From the NCBI GenBank assembly GCA_050916045.1, contig CP051526.1, forward strand, positions 2,304,001-2,368,000: a stretch of 64,000 nucleotides of DNA, in the 5' to 3' direction. The position numbers were made by a program, and so were the translations under genes. The notes under the pieces were generated by a model that was not told the DNA's origin, made no database searches, and was given only the letters and a program-made list of their open reading frames with translations. The stretch is from Tepidisphaera sp. GTDB lineage: Bacteria > Planctomycetota > Phycisphaerae > Phycisphaerales > UBA1924. Shown piece after piece: positions 49,130 to 57,698 of this stretch (within the stretch, counting starts at the first letter, position 1; the number at the start of each line of letters is the position of its first letter).

Positions 49130-50224
49130 TTACCTCGGCTGCTGCTGGCTCGCGCAGTGGATCGCGCCCAGGCCCCAGATCAGATGCCAGCAGTCGATGC
49201 CGATGACTTGGTGCTTGGGGAGTGCTTCGCGGAGCAGTTCGAGGGCGAGCGCATCGTTCTTCTTGTCGCGGAAGGTCGGCACCAGCACCGCGCCGTTCAC
49301 GAACGAGAAGTTCAGGTACGTCGCGGGGAGCCGCTGGCCGTCGCGGATGAGCTTCTTCGGCATCGGGAGGACGCACAGGTCGAACGCTTTCCCGTCCTGA
49401 TCCCGGAGCAGTTGGCACCGGCGGATGTTGTCCTTGAGGATCTTGTAGTTCTCGTCCTTGTGGTCAAACTCGACCGCGACCGCGAGCGTCGTGGGATTGA
49501 TGAACCGGGCGAGGTCGTCGATGTGGCCGTCGGTGTCATCGCCATCGATGCCATCGCCAAGCCAGAGGATGTTCGTCTGGCCGTAGTAGTCCCTCAGGTA
49601 CTTCTCGATCTGCTTCTTCGACAGGTGCGGGTTGCGGTTTTTGTGGAGGAGGCAGCTTTCGGTCGTCAGCAGCGTGCCGCGGCCGTTGACGTCGATCGCG
49701 CCGCCCTCCATCACGACGCCCTGAAGCTCTCCGTCACGACGTGCTTTGGGATAGAAGACTGGCAAGCCGAGTTCCTCCGCGATCCGCGTCGGCACCGCAT
49801 CGTCATCGCCGTAGGGCGGGTACTTCCCGCCCCACGCGTTGAAGCCCCAGTCGACGATCGCCATCTCCTTCTTGCCGCGGTGCTTGCGGACGACAAACGC
49901 CGGCCCATGATCTCGGCACCAATTCTCGTTGGTCTTGATGTGGTGGAACCGCACCCGCTTGAGATCGACCTTGTGCTCGCGCAGCGTCGCGGTCACGATC
50001 TTCTCGTAGTTCACGTTCGGCACGTTCACATGCACCAACTCCCGAGGCGTGATCTCGCGGAAAATCGCCGCGAAGTTCGCGGGGATCTCCTCGTAATGCT
50101 CCGGGAAGGAGATCCCCTCGGGGCGAGGCCACGAGAACCAGGTGCCGGAGTGAGGCACCCATTCGGCGGGGAAGGTGAAGCCGAGTTCGGCGGGGGTTTG
50201 CTTGAGAATCTTGAGTTTGGGCAT
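49130..50224 (-). CDS. aguA: Agmatine deiminase (peptidylarginine deiminase family)
   Basis: PAEW, WCRDHGP, FNAWGGKY, MEGGAIDVNG, DDTDGHIDDLARF, ATYLNF, GAIHCASQQQP. Confidence 0.92.
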   Translation of the reverse strand: MPKLKILKQTPAELGFTFPAEWVPHSGTWFSWPRPEGISFPEHYEEIPANFAAIFREITPRELVHVNVPNVNYEKIVTATLREHKVDLKRVRFHHIKTNENWCRDHGPAFVVRKHRGKKEMAIVDWGFNAWGGKYPPYGDDDAVPTRIAEELGLPVFYPKARRDGELQGVVMEGGAIDVNGRGTLLTTESCLLHKNRNPHLSKKQIEKYLRDYYGQTNILWLGDGIDGDDTDGHIDDLARFINPTTLAVAVEFDHKDENYKILKDNIRRCQLLRDQDGKAFDLCVLPMPKKLIRDGQRLPATYLNFSFVNGAVLVPTFRDKKNDALALELLREALPKHQVIGIDCWHLIWGLGAIHCASQQQPR

Positions 50225-50260
50225 GATTGTTGAGGTCGTAAGAGGGTGGGTCCGCGTCCA

Positions 50261-51169
50261 TCAATCGATAAACCGCTTCGTAATCTCGCCGTACGCGTCG
50301 ATCCGCCGATCCCGCAGGAACGGCCAGTGCGTGCGGCTGAACTCGACCTTGCCGAGGTCGCACGGCACGATCAGCACCTGTTCCTTGTCGCTCGACGCCC
50401 TCGCTGCGACCTGGCCGTTCGGCTGAGCGACGAACGACTGGCCCCAGAACTCGATTCCAGCTTTGCTGAACGGCTTTCCGTCGCTGTCCAGCACGTGCTC
50501 GTGCCCGATGCGGTTGGGAGCGCAGACATAGCAGCCGTTGGCAATCGCGTGGGCACGTTGCATCGTCTCCCACGAATCGTGCTGAGCGACGCCAAACTCC
50601 TTCTTCTCAGCCGGGTGCCAGCCGATAGCGGTCGGGTAGAACAGGATCTGCGCCCCCTGCAGGGCGGTGAGCCGGGCCCCTTCCGGGAACCACTGGTCCC
50701 AGCAGATCAGCACGCCAATCTTGCCATAGGCCGTGTCCCACGTGCGGAACCCGGTGTCGCCGGGCGTGAAGTAGAACTTCTCGTAGTAGTGCGGGTCGTC
50801 GGGGATGTGCATCTTGCGGTAGATGCCCAGCAGCGAGCCGTCCGCGTCGATGATGACGGCGGTGTTGTGGTAGAGGCCCGCGGCCCGCCGTTCGAAGAGA
50901 CTGCCAACGATCACGATCTTGTGCTTCTTCGCCAGTTTCTGCAACGCCTGCGTCGAAGGCCCGGGGATCGGCTCGGCGTAGTTGAAGAACCGATGGTCCT
51001 CCCCCTGGCAGAAGTAGAGCGAGGTGAAAAGCTCCTGCGTGCAGACGATCTGGGCTCCGCTCTTAGCGGCGGCTTCGATCAGCTTGAGCTGGTGCTTGAG
51101 GTTTTCCTTCGGCGACTCGACGCACGCGAACTGCGTGAGTCCGATGTGGACGATGTTGGGCTTGGGCAT
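50261..51169 (-). CDS. aguB: Carbon-nitrogen hydrolase, N-carbamoylputrescine amidase-like
   Basis: E-K-C triad: QELF, YRKMHIPDDP, ICWDQWFPE; YPTAIGW; adjacent to agmatine deiminase. Confidence 0.88.
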   Translation of the reverse strand: MPKPNIVHIGLTQFACVESPKENLKHQLKLIEAAAKSGAQIVCTQELFTSLYFCQGEDHRFFNYAEPIPGPSTQALQKLAKKHKIVIVGSLFERRAAGLYHNTAVIIDADGSLLGIYRKMHIPDDPHYYEKFYFTPGDTGFRTWDTAYGKIGVLICWDQWFPEGARLTALQGAQILFYPTAIGWHPAEKKEFGVAQHDSWETMQRAHAIANGCYVCAPNRIGHEHVLDSDGKPFSKAGIEFWGQSFVAQPNGQVAARASSDKEQVLIVPCDLGKVEFSRTHWPFLRDRRIDAYGEITKRFID

Positions 51170-51232
51170 GGGCGAAGGATAGGAAGAATGTCGCGAGCCG
51201 GAAGGGCGCTTGGCCGCTCCCGCGAGCCGCGA

Positions 51233-52768
51233 TCAACCGTCCTTGGCGCCGATGTCCTTGCGGACCTGCATGCCGGGGAACTTGATCTTTGCGACGGCTT
51301 CGTACGCCCGCTGGCGGGCGATCGCGAGGCCGTCGCCCAGGCCGGTGACGCCCAGGACGCGTCCGCCGGCGGTCACGATCTGGCTGTCCAGGTCGCGTTT
51401 GGTGCCCGCGTGGTAGACGGTGACGCCGGGGACGTGCATCGCGGCGTCGAGGCCCTCGATGACGACGCCGGAGCGCGGCTTGTCGGGGTATCCCTCGGCG
51501 GCGACGACGACGCAGCACGCGGCCCGCTCGTCCCACTCGACGTTGACCTGGTCGAGCTTGCCCTCGCAGGTGGCGATCATGAGTTCCAGCAGGTCGCTCT
51601 TGAGTCGCGTCATGAGCGGCTGCGTTTCGGGGTCGCCGAACCGGCAGTTGAACTCAAGCACCTTGGGCCCCGCGGGCGTCAGCATGAGGCCCGCGAAGAG
51701 CACGCCCCTGTAGTCGATCCCCTCGCGACGAAGGGCGTCGACCGTCGGAACGAGGATCTCAGACTCGACGACCGACATCACCTCGTCGGAGATCGACTTG
51801 CTCGGGCAGAACGCGCCCATGCCGCCGGTGTTGGGGCCCAGGTCGTTGTCCTTGAGGCGTTTGTGGTCCTGGCACGGGGGCAGCACGAGGATGTTGGTGC
51901 CGTCGGTGATGCAGAGGACCGAGACCTCGGGGCCTTCGAGGCGTTCTTCGATGAGGATCTGGCGGCCCGCGTCGCCGAAAGCCTTCTTGACGAGGATCGT
52001 GTCCACGGCGTCGAAGGCTTCCGCGAGGGAGTCGGGGACGAAGACGCCCTTTCCTTTGGCGAGACCGGTGGCCTTGATGACGGGGAGATCGGCCCGCTTG
52101 GCAAGCCACGCTTTGGCGAGGTTGACGGCTTCGGTGAGGATCGCGGCGTTGGTGCCATCGGGCGTGCGGACGAGCCCGGTGTCCTTGATGATGGTGACGT
52201 CGGCGTTGGTGATGCCCTGCTTGGCGAGGGAAGCAAAGCCGATGCGGAGGAGTGCGTCGGTCGCGAGGCGTCGCCGGGCGGGGTCGCGGACGACCGTGGC
52301 TTTGGCGAGGATCATGCCGACGGCATCGTCATCCTGAACGCGGCTCTCGATGAACTGTTTCGCGGCTTCGGGGTCGGTGAAGGTGCGGCTGTCGCCGGTG
52401 GGAACGCTGGCGGCGCGGAGGAGCTGCTTGCACCATGCTTTGTCGGACTCGATCTGGGCACCCTCTTTGGTGGGGCCAAAGACGAGCCGTCCGGGCGCGG
52501 CGAGCTTGTCCGCGTACCCCTCGGCGAGAGGGTCTTCCGGTCCGATCACGACCAGACCGATCTTCTTCTTCTCGCAGAACTGCTGCAAGCGGTAGATCTC
52601 GCGGATCCCGACGGGGACATCCACGGGGTGCCCGAGGCGCGACAAGCCGGGGTTCTCCGGGTGCGTGACCCAGAGTTCGCCCAGACGCGGGGACTGGTGA
52701 AGCTTGACCGCGATCGCGTGTTCACGCCCACCGCCGCCGATCAGAAGTACGTTGACCTTGTCGCTCAT
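51233..52768 (-). CDS. purD: Phosphoribosylamine--glycine ligase with an 83-aa internal insertion
   Basis: GGGGREHA, VIGPEDPL, IESDK, VIKATGLAKGKGV, QDHKR, NTGGMGA, EFNCRFGDPETQ, HAGT, TAGGRVL. Confidence 0.96.
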   Translation of the reverse strand: MSDKVNVLLIGGGGREHAIAVKLHQSPRLGELWVTHPENPGLSRLGHPVDVPVGIREIYRLQQFCEKKKIGLVVIGPEDPLAEGYADKLAAPGRLVFGPTKEGAQIESDKAWCKQLLRAASVPTGDSRTFTDPEAAKQFIESRVQDDDAVGMILAKATVVRDPARRRLATDALLRIGFASLAKQGITNADVTIIKDTGLVRTPDGTNAAILTEAVNLAKAWLAKRADLPVIKATGLAKGKGVFVPDSLAEAFDAVDTILVKKAFGDAGRQILIEERLEGPEVSVLCITDGTNILVLPPCQDHKRLKDNDLGPNTGGMGAFCPSKSISDEVMSVVESEILVPTVDALRREGIDYRGVLFAGLMLTPAGPKVLEFNCRFGDPETQPLMTRLKSDLLELMIATCEGKLDQVNVEWDERAACCVVVAAEGYPDKPRSGVVIEGLDAAMHVPGVTVYHAGTKRDLDSQIVTAGGRVLGVTGLGDGLAIARQRAYEAVAKIKFPGMQVRKDIGAKDG

Positions 52769-52883
52769 GCGGCGCGATGGTAGGAGAAGGAAGAGGCACC
52801 CCACCACCGCCGCGTGCGTGCGGGATGCGAAGATGCGTTTGGATTGACCCGACCCATCGGCGAGCCTAACCTTCAACTCAGAT

Positions 52884-52957
<74 letters not shown>

Positions 52958-52963
52958 TTGCCC

Positions 52964-53038
52964 GGGTCGTCCAGAAACTGGCCGACCCACCCGTTAGAAG
53001 TGAACGCCCCGACCGCAAGGCCGGGGCGTTTGCGTTTC
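52964..53038 (+). terminator. Double hairpin / terminator block after tRNA (copy A)
   Basis: GGGTCGTCCAG-AAA-CTGGCCGACCC, then AACGCCCCG..GCAA..CGGGGCGTT followed by TGCGTTT. Confidence 0.6.
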
Positions 53039-53233
53039 CGGGCCGCGTTTTGCCGAGTCTCTCGACATGCCCCACCGCGGGAAGTCTCACTGACTTGCGC
53101 CGTGAGACTCACGGGGCGCGGCATCTGGCCTGCGGGGACGCGTCCAAACCCAAAAAGTCTCAGAGTCTCTGCGTCTCACCCGGCACGCCGTTATAGCCGT
53201 GACCCGACAGCTTGTGGGTCGGCAACACGTGGC

Positions 53234-53341
53234 GAACCCGGCAAGGGCTACGACGCCAAGGCGGCGGAGTGGAAGGCGAAGCTGCCGCCCCCCGAGCGGG
53301 CCAAGGCCGAGCCCGTCAGCAAGCCGCCGGACAAGAAGTGA
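53234..53341 (+). pseudogene. Orphan 3' end of a gene, resembling the C-terminal tail of planctomycete TPR Ser/Thr kinases
   Basis: EPGKGYDAKAAEWKAKL...KK-stop with strong coding-like codon usage but no plausible start or upstream coding sequence; family assignment from recall. Confidence 0.5.
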
Positions 53342-53364
53342 CATCGGTGGCTGTTGCGTCGCAC

Positions 53365-53504
53365 CGAATCTGCGTTCGCATCCGGCTGCCGCTCGGAACG
53401 CCCTTGTGAACCCCTCCGCCCGTCAACCCGAGACTCCGAGAGTTCGAGAGGATTTCGACGCACCCATGACGAGACACCCGGTGTTCTGACCGGTTGGCAC
53501 TGAA
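53365..53504 (+). repeat. Island direct repeat, copy R1 (140 bp, full length)
   Basis: 53365-53452 matches 54756-54844 (3 substitutions, 1 indel); 53399-53504 matches 57492-57597 (7 mismatches in 106 bp). Confidence 0.92.
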
Positions 53505-53726
53505 GAAGTCTTGATCCAATCGACGTCGCGATCGCCGAAGGCGCGGGCGCAATCGAGGCACGTCTGGAACTTGGCATCGCAGGACGAGAAGTCCTTCGCC
53601 GTGTCCACCGACTGGCGGGTGTAGATCGCGAGTCGCGATGGCGGTGCGGCGGGCGGCACGACGGGGGATCATCGGACTCAGCAGCGCCCGGGTCTGGTTC
53701 TGGGTGCTCGGATTATCGGACGACAT
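53505..53726 (-). pseudogene. Truncated large serine recombinase (catalytic N-terminus only)
   Basis: RLAIYTRQSVD...FSSCDAKFQTC (YxRxS catalytic motif); similarity stops at VDWI where R1 begins; the upstream ATG at 53726 is out of frame. Confidence 0.72.
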
Positions 53727-53983
53727 GATCGGGCTGGCTTCGGACGGAGCCCGCTTCGTCCTCAACGGTCGAGCATCGGAGCCGCAGCATGAGCCATTTC
53801 CAGAGCCGCGAATCCTGCCCATCTTCACACGGCGCAATCTTCACGCGGATCCCGCAGAAAAAAGTGGTTCACAAAGGGGAACTCGGTGTATACTTCTCCA
53901 GCGGAGTTTCCCCGTGCCCGGCTGTTGCCGTGCGCGTGCCGCGGTCAACAATCGCCGCCCAACGGCGGCTGAGGAGAGAGAGC

Positions 53984-54631
53984 ATGAAGACTTCGATCGC
54001 TATCGGTGCGTTGGCCCTCGCGGCCTGCGCAGGTCAGTCGCACGCAGGGCCGGTGTTCTACGGGACGGCGAATGTCGGCACCACATCTGCGTGGACTGTG
54101 TCGACCATGGTCAGCCCGATTGAGGGCTTGGCCTCGAACTTCGGCGTCAACCCGTTCACCCAGGCCGTCAACCTCACCACGCCGGGCCGCTCCGACTGGA
54201 TCGCTGATGTTCCCAGCGGCAGTCACGGAGGCGTCGGCAACTGGACCTACTTCGTCTTCCGCCAGACCTTCGACCTGACCGGCTATGACCCCAGCACCGC
54301 CAACCTCACCATTCGCTGGGCGGCCGATGACGGCGGCCAGGGTGGCCTTGGAGGCTCCTGGATCCCCGCCTTCCGCGTCAACGGCGGCTCGTTTGTCAAC
54401 TACATCGGCTCCACCCCCGAAAACCGCATTTTGACCTACTCCCTCAGCGCCCCCCAGAGCATCACCAGCGGCTTCGTGCCCGGCCTGAACACCATCGACT
54501 TCTACGTGCAGGGCAACGGCCAGACCGACGGCTTCCTTTTGGAAGTGGTGAGTTTCACCGCCGTCCCCACCCCCGGCGCGGCCGCACTGCTCGGCCTCGG
54601 CGGCCTGTTCGCCGCGCGTCGTCGCCGCTGA
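53984..54631 (+). CDS. PEP-CTERM-like (VPTPG variant) secreted protein
   Basis: GAGGAG RBS; signal peptide ending SHA; C-terminal VPTPGAAALLGLGGLFAARRRR. Confidence 0.88.
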   Translation: MKTSIAIGALALAACAGQSHAGPVFYGTANVGTTSAWTVSTMVSPIEGLASNFGVNPFTQAVNLTTPGRSDWIADVPSGSHGGVGNWTYFVFRQTFDLTGYDPSTANLTIRWAADDGGQGGLGGSWIPAFRVNGGSFVNYIGSTPENRILTYSLSAPQSITSGFVPGLNTIDFYVQGNGQTDGFLLEVVSFTAVPTPGAAALLGLGGLFAARRRR

Positions 54632-54670
54632 GTTCGCTCAGCCCTGACCGCACAACCTGAGCTCACCCCT

Positions 54671-54708
54671 CCACGGCCCGGGCACACGCTCGGGCCGTGG
54701 TCGTTTGT
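54671..54708 (+). terminator. Rho-independent terminator after the PEP-CTERM-like gene
   Basis: CCACGGCCCGGGC-ACAC-GCTCGGGCCGTGG followed by TCGTTTGT. Confidence 0.6.
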
Positions 54709-54755
54709 CAGTGCCCTCGGTGGGTCTTGTTACCGGTCAAACGCGAGCAACCGAT

Positions 54756-54844
54756 CGAATCTGCGTTCGCATCCGGCTGCCGCTTGGAACGCCCTGTGTT
54801 AACCCCTCCGCCCGTCAACCCGAGACTCCGAGAGTTTGAGAGGA
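54756..54844 (+). repeat. Island direct repeat, copy R2 (left part and core)
   Basis: CGAATCTGCGTTCGCATCCGGCTGCCGC...GTCAACCCGAGACTCCGAGAGTTTGAGAGGA, near-identical to 53365-53452. Confidence 0.92.
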
Positions 54845-54888
54845 GCTTCCTTCCGACCCCGCCGTGAGGCGGGGTCGGAAGGAAGCTC
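54843..54888. repeat. Perfect 21-bp inverted repeat with GTGA loop
   Basis: GAGCTTCCTTCCGACCCCGCC-GTGA-GGCGGGGTCGGAAGGAAGCTC; begins exactly where R2 diverges from R1/R3. Confidence 0.9.
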
Positions 54889-54996
54889 GGCGGCAATAAC
54901 CGATGAGAACCTGATCGCGTTGCGGTGAGGTGGCAATATCGCATCGCCCGGAGCGTTTGCCTCCCTGTACGTTGTCCCCGCGCGCTGGAGTCCCGC

Positions 54997-57465
54997 ATGA
55001 AGTCTGCCCGTGAGATCATCTGGTCCGGTCTGGTCTCCATCGTGGCCGTGGTGGCCATGTGTGCCCCGACGGCACTGGGGCAGCAGTGGGTGACGCCCGC
55101 GGTCACTGCGCCGCGCGTGCAGCAGGTCATCTTCAACAGTGCCGCCGTCGGGGCGCCTGTGAGTTACCACGTTTACACACCGCCGGTCTACGACTCTGAC
55201 CCGACCCGACGATTCCCGGTGCTGTATTGGCTCCACGGCAGTAACAGCGTTCTCACCGGCATCGCCCCGATGAGCGCGTGGTTCGACAGCGCGATCGCCA
55301 ACGGGCGCATCCAGCCCATGATCGTCGTCTTCCCCAACGGTCTTCCACTGGGGATGTGGTGCAACTGGGCCAACGGTGCGGCCCGCGTTGAGGACATGGT
55401 CATCCAGGACCTGATCCCGGAGGTCGACGGGCGGTTGCGCACGATCGCCAGTCGCCAAGGCCGAATCATCGAAGGCTTCAGCATGGGGGGCTATGGGGCC
55501 GCCCGGATGGGATTCCGGCACAACCAGCTCTTCGGCGGGATCTCCATGCTCGGCGCAGGGCCGCTGCAGTTGGACTTCTTGGTCGATGTTCCCGGCAGTC
55601 CGGTCACACCCCAGCAGCGAGCCCAGATCTATCGCGACGTCTACGGCAATGATCAAGCCATCTACCTCGCGCAGAGCCCGTGGATGCTCGCGGAGGTGCA
55701 TCGGGACGCCCTCGTCGCTTCAGTCATGCCCATTCGCCAGCTCATCGGTGGCTCGGACTTCTCGCTCCCAGCCAACGTCGACTTTCATGAACGGCTGAAC
55801 GCCCTGAGCATCCCGCACACGTTCTTCAATCCCCCCGGTGTCGGTCACGACGCGCTCGGGCTCTTCAACGCCTATGGGGAGTCGAACTGGGCGTTCTATC
55901 ACGCCGTCTTTGGCTCCGTGCTGGGCACGTGCCCCACCTGCGTGCCCCTGAACGACCTGGGCCCCGGCCTGTATCTCGGCCAGTATTCGGGCGGGCTCTA
56001 CCCGGATGGCCAGAGTGTCCCGCCGCTTGCGCATCAGACCGCCTTTGATGCCGCCGCCCGCGCGATCCGTCCGCTCGATGCTGGCGGTCGCCCGACGCCC
56101 GACGGGCTCGTCGGGTTTATCACACTGGGCATGTCCAATGCGACGATGGAGTTCGGTGCGACCGAGGTGCTTGTTGATGCCGACCAGGCGAGGAACGCCC
56201 GCGTGGTGATGGTGAATACGGCGCTCGGATCGCATCCCATCGAACTGATCAACAACCCGAACGAAGACTACTGGACGCTGCTGGACACCAGGCTTGCTGC
56301 TGCGGGGCTCACTCGACAGCAGGTGCAGGTGCTCTGGATCAAGCAAGCTTTCAACGTTGCGCCGACCACGGCGTTCCCCGCTCACGCAAGCGCCCTCCAA
56401 GAGCAGTACGTGCTGCTCGTGAATCTCGCCAAGCAGCGGTTCCCAAACCTGCGGCTGGCGTACCTGTCCAGTCGCTTCTACGGCGGATACAGCACGAATC
56501 CCCAGCGGAACGAGCCGCTCAGCTACGAGACCGGCTTCGCCGTCAAGTGGCTGGTCGAGGCGCAGATCACCGGTTCAGATCCAAGGCTCAGGCACATCGG
56601 CGAGGACGCGCCGGCCCCGGTGCTGGCGTGGGGCCCGTACGTCTGGGCGAACGGGACCACGCCGAGATCCGACGGACTCACCTGGCAGTTGACGGACTTT
56701 GAGACCGACCGAATTCACCCCAACGACTCCGGACGATCGAAGGTCGCGCAGCAGTTCATGTCGGTATTCACTGATGCACAACGCGCCCCGTGGTATCGGC
56801 GACTTCCCACTTCGCGCGTGGTGATGCGGGAAGTTGTCGCGGACGCCACGCTCGATGCGCAGCAGCCGAACACTCCGTTCGGGATGCAGCCCTCTTTGCA
56901 GATCGATCAGGGGCGGAACGTGTCGTTGCTCCGATTCGACCTCGCTGGCATCACCGGACGGGTGCTCCATGCCAAGCTCTACGTTCGCCGTGGTGGGACC
57001 ACCAGCGGCGCGGTTGGCGTCCGCGGACCGGTTGCCTCGAACTGGGTCGAGAACACGGTGACGTGGAGCACCGCCCCGAACAGTTCTTCCGCCTTGCTGC
57101 TCGCATCGCTCCCCGATGAGGATGACTTCGGCGGGACGGCCAGCACGTGGTCGTTCGATGTCTCGTCCGTTGTCCGCTCGTCACTTGGCGGCCTGCTCAC
57201 CCTCGCGATGACCTCTCAGGACCAACCGGGGGACTTCGCCATCGTGCGAGCGCGAGAGTCAGGCGCACCGGCACGACTGGTCCTCCTCATCGACTTCTCC
57301 GATGTCGACGCCGACGGAGTGCTCGCAATCGACGACCTCTATCGCCAGAACCAAACCCCCGCCGACACCAACGGCGACGGACTGATCAATCAATCCGACC
57401 TCGACGACCTCACAGCCTGGTACCGCTGGTATGAGATCGAGGACATGACGGCGGGACGGAGATAG
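54997..57465 (+). CDS. Secreted multidomain protein: esterase (alpha/beta hydrolase), second hydrolase-like domain, DNRLRE/CBM96-like domain, dockerin-like tail
   Basis: Signal peptide; YPVLY-like FPVLYWLHG, GFSMGG nucleophile elbow, GVGH; GMSN and DRIHP; ADATL...LLRFDL...WVENTVTW; DTNGDGLINQSD. Confidence 0.82.
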   Translation: MKSAREIIWSGLVSIVAVVAMCAPTALGQQWVTPAVTAPRVQQVIFNSAAVGAPVSYHVYTPPVYDSDPTRRFPVLYWLHGSNSVLTGIAPMSAWFDSAIANGRIQPMIVVFPNGLPLGMWCNWANGAARVEDMVIQDLIPEVDGRLRTIASRQGRIIEGFSMGGYGAARMGFRHNQLFGGISMLGAGPLQLDFLVDVPGSPVTPQQRAQIYRDVYGNDQAIYLAQSPWMLAEVHRDALVASVMPIRQLIGGSDFSLPANVDFHERLNALSIPHTFFNPPGVGHDALGLFNAYGESNWAFYHAVFGSVLGTCPTCVPLNDLGPGLYLGQYSGGLYPDGQSVPPLAHQTAFDAAARAIRPLDAGGRPTPDGLVGFITLGMSNATMEFGATEVLVDADQARNARVVMVNTALGSHPIELINNPNEDYWTLLDTRLAAAGLTRQQVQVLWIKQAFNVAPTTAFPAHASALQEQYVLLVNLAKQRFPNLRLAYLSSRFYGGYSTNPQRNEPLSYETGFAVKWLVEAQITGSDPRLRHIGEDAPAPVLAWGPYVWANGTTPRSDGLTWQLTDFETDRIHPNDSGRSKVAQQFMSVFTDAQRAPWYRRLPTSRVVMREVVADATLDAQQPNTPFGMQPSLQIDQGRNVSLLRFDLAGITGRVLHAKLYVRRGGTTSGAVGVRGPVASNWVENTVTWSTAPNSSSALLLASLPDEDDFGGTASTWSFDVSSVVRSSLGGLLTLAMTSQDQPGDFAIVRARESGAPARLVLLIDFSDVDADGVLAIDDLYRQNQTPADTNGDGLINQSDLDDLTAWYRWYEIEDMTAGRR

Positions 57466-57491
57466 GCAGCCGACCGTGGCGTACCGGTACT

Positions 57492-57597
57492 CGCCCCTGT
57501 TAACCCCGGCGCCCGTCAACCCGAGACTGCGAGAGTTCGAGAGGATTTCGACGCACCCATGACGAGACACCCGGTGTCCTGACCGGTTGGCTCTGAA
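57492..57597 (+). repeat. Island direct repeat, copy R3 (core and right part)
   Basis: 99/106 identical to 53399-53504; starts 26 nt after the esterase stop. Confidence 0.92.
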
Positions 57598-57698
57598 TCG
57601 GTCTCGAACCGAGAGCGCAGCGGGCCAAGCCCTGCAACCGACAAATCGCCCGCATGCTGCGGGCTTTCTGGCCAACCCGCCTCGCATTTATGAGCGGT

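Noticed and set aside
52091..52339. PurD insertion as an intein
   Set aside because: No N-terminal Cys/Ser, no C-terminal His-Asn followed by Cys/Ser/Thr, and shorter than known mini-inteins.
50246..52783. Long antisense ORFs (for example 50246-52783 +, 8042-10837 -, 18429-20537 +, 27054-28718 +, 42783-44528 -)
   Set aside because: They lie opposite well-supported genes, are Arg/Gly-rich without motifs, and are expected shadows in high-GC DNA.
53361..53389. Minus-strand GCAGCCGGATGC-GAAC-GCAGATTCGGTGC resembling group II intron domain V
   Set aside because: Stem is too short, pairing is not kept in copy R2 (TTCGAT), and no domain VI or maturase is visible.
54708..54742. TCAGTGCC and ACCGGTCA as an inverted copy of the R1 right end
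   Set aside because: Two 8-bp matches separated by a 15-nt gap difference; too weak to call a terminal inverted repeat.
53365..57597. R repeats as a CRISPR array, classical integron attC sites or DGR template/variable repeats
   Set aside because: Spacing is 1.3-2.7 kb with no cas genes; there are no canonical RYYYAAC/GTTRRRY ends with a full palindrome and no tyrosine integrase; mismatches are not adenine-specific and there is no reverse transcriptase.
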